This document shows positions 9,212 through 19,020 of a stretch of DNA of 64,000 nt, one piece after another. Source of the stretch: Patescibacteria group bacterium (GTDB lineage Bacteria; Patescibacteriota; Microgenomatia; Daviesbacterales; UBA10151); contig JBBTSA010000002.1 of NCBI GenBank assembly GCA_038064895.1, positions 8,942-72,941 of the forward strand, in the 5' to 3' direction. The notes beneath the pieces were generated by a model that worked only from the letters and a program-made list of their open reading frames with translations, searched no databases and had not been told where the DNA came from. Every line of letters starts with the position of its first letter. Within the stretch, counting starts at the first letter, position 1. The position numbers and the translations under genes are program-made.

Positions 9212-9546
9212 CTTGCGCGTATCAAGTTTCCCTCGGTATCAAGTTCCACAAAATGCCTTGCTCTACCCTCTATGTATGCGGGGCATTGGTTCTCCTGCAA
9301 ATCATCTGTCAAAATCCTGGGATTATGGACAATATCTAAAACCCAATCAGGCATTAAAGCATTGGATAAACAGGGGCCATTTGAAAAATCCATACCCTTG
9401 AGTCTAATTTCAGCATAAATATGCGTAGCTTTATTTATGGCAGAATCCAACTCCGAGCGTGAAGGACCGGTATCAGAAATAATAACCAGAAATGATGTAA
9501 AAATTATTACGGACAATGAAAGAGCAAGCAGTAACTCTTTTTGCAT
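9208..9546 (-). CDS. Secreted hypothetical protein
   Basis: 112 aa with N-terminal signal/TM segment LLLALSLSVIIFTSFLVII. 4-nt overlap with the Clp ATPase gene start. Confidence 0.45.
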   Translation of the reverse strand: MQKELLLALSLSVIIFTSFLVIISDTGPSRSELDSAINKATHIYAEIRLKGMDFSNGPCLSNALMPDWVLDIVHNPRILTDDLQENQCPAYIEGRARHFVELDTEGNLIRAR

Positions 9547-9562
9547 AAAAACATTATCTCAT

Positions 9563-10651
9563 CTACTCTTTGGTCACACAATAGGTTCCGCTACCCAGGT
9601 TTTGTACAAAACCTGTTATTTCCATCTTAAGTAATGTTGCTGAAACCACACCTGGCTGCAAAGTAGTCTTTCTACAAATCTCATCAATATGCATAGATTC
9701 ATTTTCCAAACATCCTAGGATTTTTCTTTCATCCTCTGTTAATTTTTCTCTTGATCCATGATCTATGACCCTTGGCACATTCCCAACTCCTAAATCATCC
9801 AATATATCCTTTGCATCAAAGACTGGCCTTGCACCTTCTTTTATAAGATCAATAGGACCCTTGGATAAGGATGAGGTTATAGGACCTGGAACTGCATAAA
9901 CATCTCTTCCTTGTTCCAATGCAAGCCTTGCTGTAATTAAGGATCCGGAATCTTCTGCTGCTTCGGTTACTAAAACTGCTTTTGAAAGTCCTGATATAAT
10001 TCTGTTTCTTGCAGGAAAGTTGCCTGCGAGAGATGGATAATCCGGAGGAAATTCAGAAATTACTGCTCCATGACCTTCGGTAATTTGATGAGCGAGTTCG
10101 GTATTTTCTGGAGGAAAGATTCTACTTACACCTCCACCTAAAATAGCTAGCGTTCTACCACTCTCTTCCAAGGCTATCTTATGGGCCTCCGTATCTACCC
10201 CACGGGCAAGACCGGAAATTATTGTCATCCCTGCCAAAATTAGTCCTCTTGTTAAATCATCTGTAACAACTTTCCCATAACCGGACATTTTTCTTGTACC
10301 AACCACAGCAATTGCTTTTTCATCTTGTGGCAAAATTTCACCTTTGTAGTATAAAACTATTGGCGGATCATAGATTTGAGCTAAAAGTTTAGGATAATCT
10401 TCATTAAAAACAGTAACCCAAGAAATTCCTGAATTTTTAATAGTTTCTGCATATTCTAATGGCTCCAGTTTTTTCCTAGTTTCTGCCAAAAGATCAACCA
10501 CTTGTTGTGGTATTCCAATTTTCCTGATTTCATTAACATTAGCTTCCCAGGCAAGTTTTGGATCCTTAAAATAATCCAAAATTGCCTTAAGCCTAATAGG
10601 CCCCAAACCGTCTATGGAATGTAGTGCTAAAAGATATGGGATATTTTTCAT
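9563..10651 (-). CDS. dprA: DNA processing protein DprA (Smf)
   Basis: 362 aa. Rossmann-like core GTRKMSGYGKVVTDDL...ISGLARGVDTEAHKIALE...GRTLAILGGGV is typical of DprA. Confidence 0.85.
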   Translation of the reverse strand: MKNIPYLLALHSIDGLGPIRLKAILDYFKDPKLAWEANVNEIRKIGIPQQVVDLLAETRKKLEPLEYAETIKNSGISWVTVFNEDYPKLLAQIYDPPIVLYYKGEILPQDEKAIAVVGTRKMSGYGKVVTDDLTRGLILAGMTIISGLARGVDTEAHKIALEESGRTLAILGGGVSRIFPPENTELAHQITEGHGAVISEFPPDYPSLAGNFPARNRIISGLSKAVLVTEAAEDSGSLITARLALEQGRDVYAVPGPITSSLSKGPIDLIKEGARPVFDAKDILDDLGVGNVPRVIDHGSREKLTEDERKILGCLENESMHIDEICRKTTLQPGVVSATLLKMEITGFVQNLGSGTYCVTKE

Positions 10652-10675
10652 ATTAAGATCTTAACATTTAAAGTG

Positions 10676-10764
10676 ACATCATTACGAGGAGCGTTAGCGA
10701 CGAAGCAATCTCATCATTCAGGAGATTGCTTCCCCCGATTTCCATCGGGGTCGCAATGACGGGA
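10676..10764. repeat. Composite palindromic element (GTCATTGCGAG/CGAAGCAATC family), intergenic copy
   Basis: tcattacgagg...cgaagcaatctc[loop]gagattgcttc...ccccgatttccatcgggg...tcgcaatgacg. Terminal inverted arms plus two internal hairpins. Confidence 0.7.
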
Positions 10765-10767
10765 GGA

Positions 10768-12588
10768 TTACTCCCCCAAAGTTCTTGCTGATTCTGTGGC
10801 AATTGGATAAACATCTTTAATCAAATTATTTTTATCAGGGGAGAAGTACCACCTGTAAGCTTCTTTTGCAATTGGGGAAGCAACAGATGAACCCTCTCCT
10901 CCTCCTTCTATTAAAATAGTTAAAGCAATTTTTGGATCAGAGACCGGAGCATATGAAGTATACCAGGCATGAGTCCGGCCTTTGGGATCACCATATTCTG
11001 CTGTTCCTGTTTTACCTGCAGTTTCAATAGGAAAGCTAAAAAATGGCCAGGCTGTTCCTCCTTGCTTTGGAACCTTTTTAAGACCTTCCGCAATTTTTTC
11101 GATTTTCTGCTTTAACTGCAACTCTGATACTAATAAGTCTTCCTTAAACTGTTTTGTTATCACATTATCTCTTGTTACTTTGCTTAAAAGTTGAGGTCGC
11201 AGTATCTTCCCGTCTGATGCAATAAAAGAGGTTATACCTAAAATCTGAAGTGGTGTTGTAAGTATAAAACCCTGGCCAATCCCCATATGCAGTGTATCCC
11301 CAGGATACCAAACCTCCCCCAGCTTTTCTCTTTTCCACTTATCATCCGGAACAAGTCCTGCTTCTTCACCGGGAATGTCAATATTTAGTTTGGATCCAAG
11401 CTTAAGCCTTCTTGCCCAATCTGCTATGGCTTGCTCACCTATAGTTTGACTAACCCGGTAAAAATAGGTGTCGTTGGAGCGCTGTATAGCTTTCACTAAA
11501 TCCAAGGAGCCTTCTTTCTTACCGTATTGGTTAAAATACCAATTGGAAAATCTAAAAGTCCCCAGGTAAAATTCTCCGCTATCTTCGATTATGGTATCAG
11601 CACTGACTCCGGAGGAAAGTGCAGCCAGCGCAGTTACTACTTTAAAAGTTGAACCCGGTGGGTAAGTTCCGGCTATTACTCGATTTAAAATAGGAAAGGA
11701 AGGATCGGAAAGAGTTTCAAGGATTGTACCCTCATCGAAACCCAGTGTAAATATGTTTGGGTCAAATGATGGAAAAGAGAGTAGAGCCAAAATCTCACCA
11801 TTTTTCGGATCCATGGCAACAGCTGCTCCGCAACAAGCCCCTACTTTACTTATGGTATCTACAATAAGTTCATACAGCTTTTTTGAAAGATCCGAATCTA
11901 TTGTTAAGTAAATACTTTGTCCAGGTTTTGGCCCGTTGCGACGGAGTACCCTCACCTTTACTCCTTTGGAGTCGACTTCTATAACTTCGCCGCCATCTAC
12001 CCCTTTAAGCAAACTTTCATACTGTGCTTCAATACCCATCTTACCAATTCCATCTCCTCCAACATAACCTAAAACATGTGCAAGAATTTGACTCATTGGG
12101 TATGTCCTTATATTATCTACTTCTAAATCTTTTGCGCGGGGATCGTTTTTAACCTCAAGTTCCAAAGCCTCCTCCCTTGTAATCAGTCTTGTTTTTTTAA
12201 TCTCACTATCATTTAATCTGAAGGCAGGCGAAGAAGTTGCCAATATTTTTCCGTTTCTGTCATAAATTACCCCACGGGGTGCGTGAATAACTTTTATTTG
12301 AATTCTATTACTGTCTGCTAATTCTCTTGAGACTCCTCCTTCAACTATTTGGAGATGAAATATGCGTATGAAAATGATAAAAAATGCAATCAGGGTAACT
12401 GTTAAAAATATTGTTATTCTCCAAATGCTTACTTTGGATTCTTGTGGGCTTAAAGCATCAAAATTGGGTACAAGCAGGTCTTTCCAATCTTCCCAAAGGG
12501 CATTGTTTCTAAGCTTTGGGCCTTTAAAAGTTGCCTTTATAACTTCATCAGGAAAACCATATCCCATCCGACGCCTTGTCTTTACCAT
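10768..12588 (-). CDS. mrdA: Penicillin-binding protein 2 (peptidoglycan D,D-transpeptidase)
   Basis: 606 aa. N-terminal TM, STFK (PPGSTFKVV), SND and KTGTAE motifs. Located downstream of mreC-mreD. Confidence 0.85.
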   Translation of the reverse strand: MVKTRRRMGYGFPDEVIKATFKGPKLRNNALWEDWKDLLVPNFDALSPQESKVSIWRITIFLTVTLIAFFIIFIRIFHLQIVEGGVSRELADSNRIQIKVIHAPRGVIYDRNGKILATSSPAFRLNDSEIKKTRLITREEALELEVKNDPRAKDLEVDNIRTYPMSQILAHVLGYVGGDGIGKMGIEAQYESLLKGVDGGEVIEVDSKGVKVRVLRRNGPKPGQSIYLTIDSDLSKKLYELIVDTISKVGACCGAAVAMDPKNGEILALLSFPSFDPNIFTLGFDEGTILETLSDPSFPILNRVIAGTYPPGSTFKVVTALAALSSGVSADTIIEDSGEFYLGTFRFSNWYFNQYGKKEGSLDLVKAIQRSNDTYFYRVSQTIGEQAIADWARRLKLGSKLNIDIPGEEAGLVPDDKWKREKLGEVWYPGDTLHMGIGQGFILTTPLQILGITSFIASDGKILRPQLLSKVTRDNVITKQFKEDLLVSELQLKQKIEKIAEGLKKVPKQGGTAWPFFSFPIETAGKTGTAEYGDPKGRTHAWYTSYAPVSDPKIALTILIEGGGEGSSVASPIAKEAYRWYFSPDKNNLIKDVYPIATESARTLGE

Positions 12589-13028
12589 TAAATTTTAAGC
12601 TTTATCTCCTTTCTCACTATAAACCGTTCCTCCCAAAATCTAACCAAATAAAAAATAGCCAGTGAGAGAAAACCTCCGTAAATTTTTGGTACAAACTGTA
12701 TGGATCCGTAAATCATCCAAACTATGATTTGGTTTAGGGCTATTGCAACAAAACATATAGATACTAAAGATATTGGGTTTATGGAAAGACGTGACCTGGA
12801 CAAACTTTGGGTTATTTGAACAAGAACCAAAAAGCCAATACTTTGTAAACCCAGTGGAATTAGCGTAAGGTGGGAAATAAGTAAGCCGAAAGCAAATGCA
12901 AGATATAAATTAGCTTTCCCTATCTTTAGAAAAGCGCGACAAATTAAAATAATTAATACCAAATCCAAAGGAAGGATGGTTGATTGAAGGAAAGCACATA
13001 TGATTAGTACAACAATTAACGTTCTCAT
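12588..13028 (-). CDS. mreD: Rod shape-determining protein MreD (polytopic membrane protein)
   Basis: 146 aa, about 5 hydrophobic helices, positioned between mreC and PBP2. Confidence 0.55.
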   Translation of the reverse strand: MRTLIVVLIICAFLQSTILPLDLVLIILICRAFLKIGKANLYLAFAFGLLISHLTLIPLGLQSIGFLVLVQITQSLSRSRLSINPISLVSICFVAIALNQIIVWMIYGSIQFVPKIYGGFLSLAIFYLVRFWEERFIVRKEIKLKI

Positions 13029-13037
13029 AATTTTAAA

Positions 13038-13838
13038 TTATTCCTTTATCACAAATACCAGCTCCAAGTCTCTAATATCAAAAACCTGCTCAATTTTAGC
13101 CTGTTTAAATAATTCATCCGCCAACTGGCGGACTTCTGTTACTTCTCCAAGTATCAACCCCCTTGGTAAAAAGCCTTCTGTCCCTTCCGAATAAACAAGA
13201 TCCCCTTTGGAAATTTTTTCTTCATGCAAAATTTTATCCATAAGAAGCTCTGTTCCAAATTGTCCCAGAAGTACCCCTTTTGCTCTACCCGAAGTACCCT
13301 GGGAAAAAGCAGCTACTTTTGACTGGGGATCTGCAAGAACTTGTATATTTGCTGACTTTGGTGATGTTGCAACGATACGTCCGATGAAATTATCTTTAAA
13401 TACAACTGCCTCGCCTACTTTAACACCATCATCCTCCCCTTTATCTATCTTTAAATACCTTAAAAGTCCTATTGGGCGAGCAGCTATTAAGTTGTAAGTT
13501 TTGGGATCAAGAAAATCTTTTTGTGAAACTTGTACTTCCAACTCTGCAAGGTGCTGTCTTAACTTTGCATTCTCCGCAAAAAGCTCCCCAATTTGTTCTT
13601 TTAGGGCTCTATTTTCCTGTGCGGATAATCTTGCCGCATATATAAAATAAAGCTGCCTTGAAAGGTTTTGGTAGTTTTTGTAAATACCAAAAGATATAGG
13701 ATTTGTTATATAAAAACTTGCCCTTTTTGCAAAATCTAAAAAATGAAAATTATCTAAAAGTAAAATAATAAGGCTTAAAAAAAGTAAAGATAAAAAAAGT
13801 TGAAGGTTAGGAATTACCCTGGACATTATGGGAAACAA
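13038..13838 (-). CDS. mreC: Rod shape-determining protein MreC
   Basis: 266 aa. N-terminal TM, coiled-coil ENRALKEQIGELFAENAKLRQHLAELE, C-terminal beta-rich domain. Confidence 0.7.
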   Translation of the reverse strand: MFPIMSRVIPNLQLFLSLLFLSLIILLLDNFHFLDFAKRASFYITNPISFGIYKNYQNLSRQLYFIYAARLSAQENRALKEQIGELFAENAKLRQHLAELEVQVSQKDFLDPKTYNLIAARPIGLLRYLKIDKGEDDGVKVGEAVVFKDNFIGRIVATSPKSANIQVLADPQSKVAAFSQGTSGRAKGVLLGQFGTELLMDKILHEEKISKGDLVYSEGTEGFLPRGLILGEVTEVRQLADELFKQAKIEQVFDIRDLELVFVIKE

Positions 13839-13898
13839 TATAGCATAGCTTTACTTCTTTGACAAAAGGGTTATAAGAAGGTATATTTATGGGAATTT

Positions 13899-14657
13899 AT
13901 GCCCACATTTTTAGATAAACTAAAAGCAAAATGGGATGAGGGTAAATTTGTTTGTGTAGGCCTGGATAAAGCCTCCTTCGAATTTAATAAATCCATTATT
14001 GATCAAACTGCTGATATTGTTTGTGCCTACAAACTGAATTCTGCCTTTTATGAGGCTGAAGGATTAGAAGGAATAGAGGGATTAGAGGAAACAGTAAAAT
14101 ACATTCATGAGAAGCACCCTGATATATTGATAATCCTGGATGCCAAAAGAGGAGATATAGGCGCCACAAATGAGGCATATGTTAAGGCTATTTTTGATGA
14201 TTTAGGAGTTGACGGGGTTACAGTTCACCCATATTTAGGCAGGGAATCTTTAGAACCATTTCTTAAAAGATCCGAAAAAGGAATTATTGTTCTAGTTAAA
14301 ACCTCCAATCCGGGTGCAGGAGAATTTCAGGACCTTAAAACTGATGATAAACCACTCTACCAAGTTATAGCAGAACATGTAGTTTCTTGGAACACAAATG
14401 GAAACTGTGTAGTTGTTTGTGGTGCAACATATCCGGAGGAACTGGGCAAAGTAAGAGCAATTGTTGGTGATATGCCAATACTAGTTCCGGGAATTGGAGC
14501 ACAAGGCGGAGACTTAAGAACCACCATAAAAAATGGGCTGGATTCTAATAGACAGGGCTTAATTATTTCCTCATCCAGAGGTATAATTTTTGCAGAAGAT
14601 CCAAAGAAAGCAGCAGAAGATTTAAATAATCAAATTAAGGAGATCATAAATGGATAA
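13899..14657 (+). CDS. pyrF: Orotidine 5'-phosphate decarboxylase
   Basis: 252 aa. ILDAKRGDIGATNEAY motif (Lys-Asp-Lys-Asp catalytic array region). Confidence 0.8.
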   Translation: MPTFLDKLKAKWDEGKFVCVGLDKASFEFNKSIIDQTADIVCAYKLNSAFYEAEGLEGIEGLEETVKYIHEKHPDILIILDAKRGDIGATNEAYVKAIFDDLGVDGVTVHPYLGRESLEPFLKRSEKGIIVLVKTSNPGAGEFQDLKTDDKPLYQVIAEHVVSWNTNGNCVVVCGATYPEELGKVRAIVGDMPILVPGIGAQGGDLRTTIKNGLDSNRQGLIISSSRGIIFAEDPKKAAEDLNNQIKEIING

Positions 14658-15270
14658 TGTATCAGAAAAAGTTGCCAAAATACTTTTAGGATTAAATGCA
14701 GTTTCTTTAAATACCAAAAAACTTTTTAAGTTTGCCTCAGGAATTTTATCTCCTGTTTATACAGATTGCAGAGTTTTGATGGCTTACCCCAATTTTAGAA
14801 GAGAAATTAGGGATTATTATATCCAAGCAATACAAAATTCAAATGTTGATTTTGAGGTTGTTGCTGGAACAGCAACGGCTGGAATTCCCCATGCTGCCTG
14901 GATTGCAGATAAATTAAATCTTCCAATGGTTTATGTCAGAGGTAAAGCCAAAGATCACGGAAAAGAAAATTTAATGGAAGGAATTATTAAAAAAGGACAA
15001 AAAGCCATTGTTATTGAAGACTTAATCTCAACCGGTGACAGTGCAATAAACAGTGTGGCTGCAGTCAGAGCGGCTGGAGGGGAAATTACCCATGTTTTCT
15101 CAATTATCACTTACGGACTTAAAAAAGCTGATGAGAATTTTAAAGAAAATAATCTCAAATTAGTATCACTTACCAGTTTTTCAGTACTTGTCCAGTTAGC
15201 TGAAAAATTAAACTATATCAGAAGTAAGGATGTAAAAGTTATTTTAGACTGGATCTCCCAAAATGGTTAA
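14650..15270 (+). CDS. pyrE: Orotate phosphoribosyltransferase
   Basis: 206 aa. PRPP-binding motif AIVIEDLISTGDS. Overlaps pyrF and pyrC, suggesting an operon. Confidence 0.8.
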   Translation: MDNVSEKVAKILLGLNAVSLNTKKLFKFASGILSPVYTDCRVLMAYPNFRREIRDYYIQAIQNSNVDFEVVAGTATAGIPHAAWIADKLNLPMVYVRGKAKDHGKENLMEGIIKKGQKAIVIEDLISTGDSAINSVAAVRAAGGEITHVFSIITYGLKKADENFKENNLKLVSLTSFSVLVQLAEKLNYIRSKDVKVILDWISQNG

Positions 15271-16315
15271 GCTTCCAGGCCTTATTGACAGCCATGTTCA
15301 CTTAAGAGAGCCCGGAGCCACCCAAAAAGAAGATTTTGAAACAGGCACCAAAGCTGCTATTGCTGGAGGCTATACTTTAGTCTTAGACATGCCTAATAAT
15401 CCGGAACCCACAGTTACTCCAGAGTCCGTGGACAAGAAAATTCAGCTGGCAAAAGGAAGGATTTATACTGATTTAGGTTTTCATTTTGGAGCAAGTGCAG
15501 AATCCGCAAAGTATTTTAACAGGGTAAGAAACAAAGTATTCGGCTTAAAAGTATATATGAACCACACTACAGGCACACTTCTACAGGAAGATCCTAAAAT
15601 TCTGCAAGCCATTTTTGAAGCCTGGCCTAAAGATAAAGTTTTAATGGTTCATGCAGAAGGAAAAACCTTGGAAATAGCTATTCAGTTAGCCAGGAAAAAT
15701 GGCAATAAATTACATGTTTGTCATGTTAGTGTAACAAATCAAATTAATCTGATAAGACAAGCTAAACAAAATGGTTTGAGTATAACTTGTGAGGTAACTT
15801 GTCATCATTTATTTTTAACTCAGGATGATCTTAAAAAACTAGGACCATATGGAATAATGAGACCTCCACTAACTACCAAGGAAGATCAGGAAGCTTTGTG
15901 GACAGGCATCCAGGATGGCATTGTGGATACCATAGCATCTGACCATGCACCACACACAAAGGAAGAAAAAAATTCCCCTAACCCCCCTAACGGCGTCCCG
16001 GGATTAGAAACCACTCTGCCCTTACTTCTGACTGCAGTTAATGACGGTAAATTAACCATAGATAATCTCATCAGGCTTTGTCACACCAATCCCAAAAGAA
16101 TCTTTGATATTCCTGACCAGCCCGAAACTTTTGTGGAAGTTGACCCTATACCCTACACCCTAAACCCTAAACCCTTATATACCAAATGCGGTTGGACTCC
16201 TTTTGATGGATGGAAGGTTAAAGGTAGGGTTAAAAAAGTGGTGTTAAGGGGCAAAATTGTGTATGATAATGGGCAATTTGTGGGAGTTCCACAAGGTAAA
16301 GTAATAATGCCGTGA
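15263..16315 (+). CDS. pyrC: Dihydroorotase
   Basis: 350 aa. GLIDSHVHLREPG metal-binding start, DHAPH motif. Amidohydrolase superfamily. Confidence 0.8.
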   Translation: MVKLPGLIDSHVHLREPGATQKEDFETGTKAAIAGGYTLVLDMPNNPEPTVTPESVDKKIQLAKGRIYTDLGFHFGASAESAKYFNRVRNKVFGLKVYMNHTTGTLLQEDPKILQAIFEAWPKDKVLMVHAEGKTLEIAIQLARKNGNKLHVCHVSVTNQINLIRQAKQNGLSITCEVTCHHLFLTQDDLKKLGPYGIMRPPLTTKEDQEALWTGIQDGIVDTIASDHAPHTKEEKNSPNPPNGVPGLETTLPLLLTAVNDGKLTIDNLIRLCHTNPKRIFDIPDQPETFVEVDPIPYTLNPKPLYTKCGWTPFDGWKVKGRVKKVVLRGKIVYDNGQFVGVPQGKVIMP

Positions 16316-17400
16316 AACAACCGCTTTTTGTTTATGATATTACAAAGAAATGGGAAGAAGTTGTTAAAAAAGGGCCTATTTGGCTTTCAAATAAATTTCC
16401 ACCTCTACCAAAGGATAAAAAATATTCTTTTTTGGGTTATAAATTAATTTCTCCTGTTGCTATTTCAGCAGGACCTGCATCCAGAAAAATCTGGACTGAC
16501 TTTTATTTAAGAATGGGTTATGGATTTGTCTTAGAAAAAACCAGGAGAACTATTGAAAGAAAAGCACACAAAGAACCTAATGTTGCCATAATTGAAAAGA
16601 AGGGACAAGTTAAAAGATCTAATATTAATAAAACCCTAGTTGCTACCAATAATCAATCAGGATGGGAAAAATACAAAAGTATTACCAACTCATTTGGTAA
16701 TCCCTCTCCCTCCATTGAAATTTGGTCAGCTGAATTAAAAAAACAAATAAAGTCTACAAAAAATGGTCAGATTCTCGGATGTTCTGTCACAGCTACTTTT
16801 TTTGGTGGGGAGACAACCTCTGATATTGTAGCTGACTTACTTAAAGCAGCCACAGCTGCAGCTAAAGCAGGTATTAAGGTAATTGAATTTAACCTGGCTT
16901 GCCCAAATGTAACAGATAATAAAGAGGAGGGAGAAATGTTTCAGGATGCAGCGCTGGTATCTTATACCTTAAAAGCATTTAAAAAGAAATTTCCAAAAGT
17001 TAAGGCTGGAATCAAATTTGGTCTTTATAAAAATAAAGCACAGATGAAAAAAGTATTTAAGGATGCAGGAAAAAACTTGGATTATGTTTCGGGAATAAAT
17101 GCAATAGCTATGACCGTTTTGAGGCAAGATGGAAAAGAAATTCTACCCGGAAGGACTAAATCTGGTGTCTGTGGGAAATTGATCCAAGACATTGCCCTGG
17201 AATCTATTGAATGGGCAAATCAGATTAGAAAAGAAGAAAAGCTAAAGTATGAAATTTTAGGTGGAGGAGGAATTGTAGAAGTTTCAGATGTTGATAAATT
17301 CTTAAAAGCTGGAGCAGATATGGTTCAGGTAGCCACTATTGTCATGGTTGATCCATTATTTGCTTATAAATATAGATTATTCAAAGACGGCTTACTTTAA
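16312..17400 (+). CDS. pyrD: Dihydroorotate dehydrogenase-like (class 1) protein
   Basis: 362 aa. NLACPNV and GGGGIVEVSDVDKFLKAGADMVQVAT motifs of DHOD. N-terminus is divergent. Operon position right after pyrC. Confidence 0.65.
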   Translation: MKQPLFVYDITKKWEEVVKKGPIWLSNKFPPLPKDKKYSFLGYKLISPVAISAGPASRKIWTDFYLRMGYGFVLEKTRRTIERKAHKEPNVAIIEKKGQVKRSNINKTLVATNNQSGWEKYKSITNSFGNPSPSIEIWSAELKKQIKSTKNGQILGCSVTATFFGGETTSDIVADLLKAATAAAKAGIKVIEFNLACPNVTDNKEEGEMFQDAALVSYTLKAFKKKFPKVKAGIKFGLYKNKAQMKKVFKDAGKNLDYVSGINAIAMTVLRQDGKEILPGRTKSGVCGKLIQDIALESIEWANQIRKEEKLKYEILGGGGIVEVSDVDKFLKAGADMVQVATIVMVDPLFAYKYRLFKDGLL

Positions 17401-18461
17401 CGAAGCCCCCCTGTTACCTTAACTTTAGATAATAAATCCAAATTTTCCAAAACTTCCCCACAACCTCTAACAACTGTAGTTAGTGGATCATCTGCAACAT
17501 ATACCGGCAGTTTTGTTTCTTCCGCAATTTTTTTATCCAAACCCCTCAAGCATGCTCCCCCTCCTGCCAAATAAATTCCTCTGTCAACTATATCTGTCAA
17601 AAGCTCCGGGGGTGTTTCTTCCAAAACTTCTTGAACTGCTTGTACAATTTGTGTGACAGTGGGAGTTAAAGCTTCTCTTATTTCTGAAGCTCCTATTTTT
17701 AAAGATTTTGGCAAACCTGTACTTAAATCTCTGCCTCTAATAACAGTTGCTCCATCATCTTTATCATTTAAGGGCTGTGCAGATCCTATTTCTATTTTTA
17801 CCTCTTCAGCAGTCCTTTCCCCAATCAACATTCCATATCTGGTCCTCATGTAAGAAATAATTGCTTCATCCATTTCATCTCCTGCAACTCTTAAAGATTT
17901 GTTTATAACCATCCCACCAAGTGAGATAATGGCAATTTCGGTTGTACCTCCACCAATATCCACAATCATTACTCCTTCGGGTTCTTCAATAGGAAGCTTT
18001 GCCCCAATTGCAGCTGCCATAGGTTCTTCTATAAGGTAAGCTTGTCTTGCACCTGCTGAAAGACAGGCATCCTGGACAGCTCTTCTTTCAACTTCTGTTA
18101 CACCTGACGGGATACCAACAACAATTCTGGGTTTTGGAATTTTCGGCAGCCTAAAGCCGGGAGAGACAGGCGTTTGATGAACTTTATGTATAAAATATCT
18201 AAGCATGGCTTCAGTTGTTTCAAAATCGGAGATAACTCCATCCCGAAGCGGCCTTACAGCTTCAATTGCAGCAGGAGTTCTACCAAGCATTCTTTTTGCC
18301 TCTCCTCCTATTGCCAAAATCTGTCTTGATTTTTTATGAAGTGCAACAACAGTGGGCTCTCTGATAACAATACCCTTGCCTTTTACTAAAACTAAAGTAT
18401 TAACAGTACCTAAATCTATACCTAAATCTAGTGCAAAATATTGCCAAATCTTTCCTAACAT
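17397..18461 (-). CDS. mreB: Rod shape-determining protein MreB (actin homologue)
   Basis: 354 aa. LGIDLGTVNTLV phosphate-1 motif, DIGGGTTEIA, actin fold motifs. Confidence 0.9.
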   Translation of the reverse strand: MLGKIWQYFALDLGIDLGTVNTLVLVKGKGIVIREPTVVALHKKSRQILAIGGEAKRMLGRTPAAIEAVRPLRDGVISDFETTEAMLRYFIHKVHQTPVSPGFRLPKIPKPRIVVGIPSGVTEVERRAVQDACLSAGARQAYLIEEPMAAAIGAKLPIEEPEGVMIVDIGGGTTEIAIISLGGMVINKSLRVAGDEMDEAIISYMRTRYGMLIGERTAEEVKIEIGSAQPLNDKDDGATVIRGRDLSTGLPKSLKIGASEIREALTPTVTQIVQAVQEVLEETPPELLTDIVDRGIYLAGGGACLRGLDKKIAEETKLPVYVADDPLTTVVRGCGEVLENLDLLSKVKVTGGLR

Positions 18462-18478
18462 GAGGGGAGTTTAACATA

Positions 18479-18988
18479 TTGACACATAGTTTAAAAAGGG
18501 AGTATAAAGAACTTATGGGAAATCCAATTGAAACTGGCAGAACTGTTCTCCATTCTGCAAAGGAAAGAACAGAAAGGGTCAGATCTTTGATAGGAGACTC
18601 TTATGCTGGGCATCTTCTAATAGAATTTTCAGGTATTGGTAACTACAGAAGACTTGTGAAATGGAATTCTATGAATGAGGGTGCTATTGGTACAACATTT
18701 GCTTTCTTATCATTAATATTGCCTTTAGCAATTAGAGGAGTAACATCTGAACCGGATTCTGAATTTTTCGGAACTATGAAAGCATTTGGGGGAGGACTTA
18801 TCGATGCTAGTGCAGGTGGTCTAATAGGTTTTATGGCTGCTAATGGCCATGGCAGTTTACCGGAACTCTTAGCCTACAAAACTATTGCTAACCTTGCAAG
18901 TCATGCTCTAGTTGATGCCCTCCGCTCAGGAGTCGATTATCTCAAGGGATTCAGACCCCCATCTTCTCCTGCCACTTTAACTGTTTAA
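18479..18988 (+). CDS. Hypothetical protein
   Basis: 169-aa ORF with one hydrophobic segment and no recognisable domain. Confidence 0.4.
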   Translation: MTHSLKREYKELMGNPIETGRTVLHSAKERTERVRSLIGDSYAGHLLIEFSGIGNYRRLVKWNSMNEGAIGTTFAFLSLILPLAIRGVTSEPDSEFFGTMKAFGGGLIDASAGGLIGFMAANGHGSLPELLAYKTIANLASHALVDALRSGVDYLKGFRPPSSPATLTV

Positions 18989-18998
18989 ACATTTTTGT

Positions 18999-19020
18999 GA
19001 CGGCCGTCGCCTTTTTGTTT
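18999..19020 (+). terminator. Palindrome GACGGCCGTC followed by GCCTTTTTGTTT (intrinsic terminator-like)
   Basis: GC palindrome followed by a T-run immediately after the stop of ORF 18479-18988. Same palindrome recurs at 19531-19540. Confidence 0.45.
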
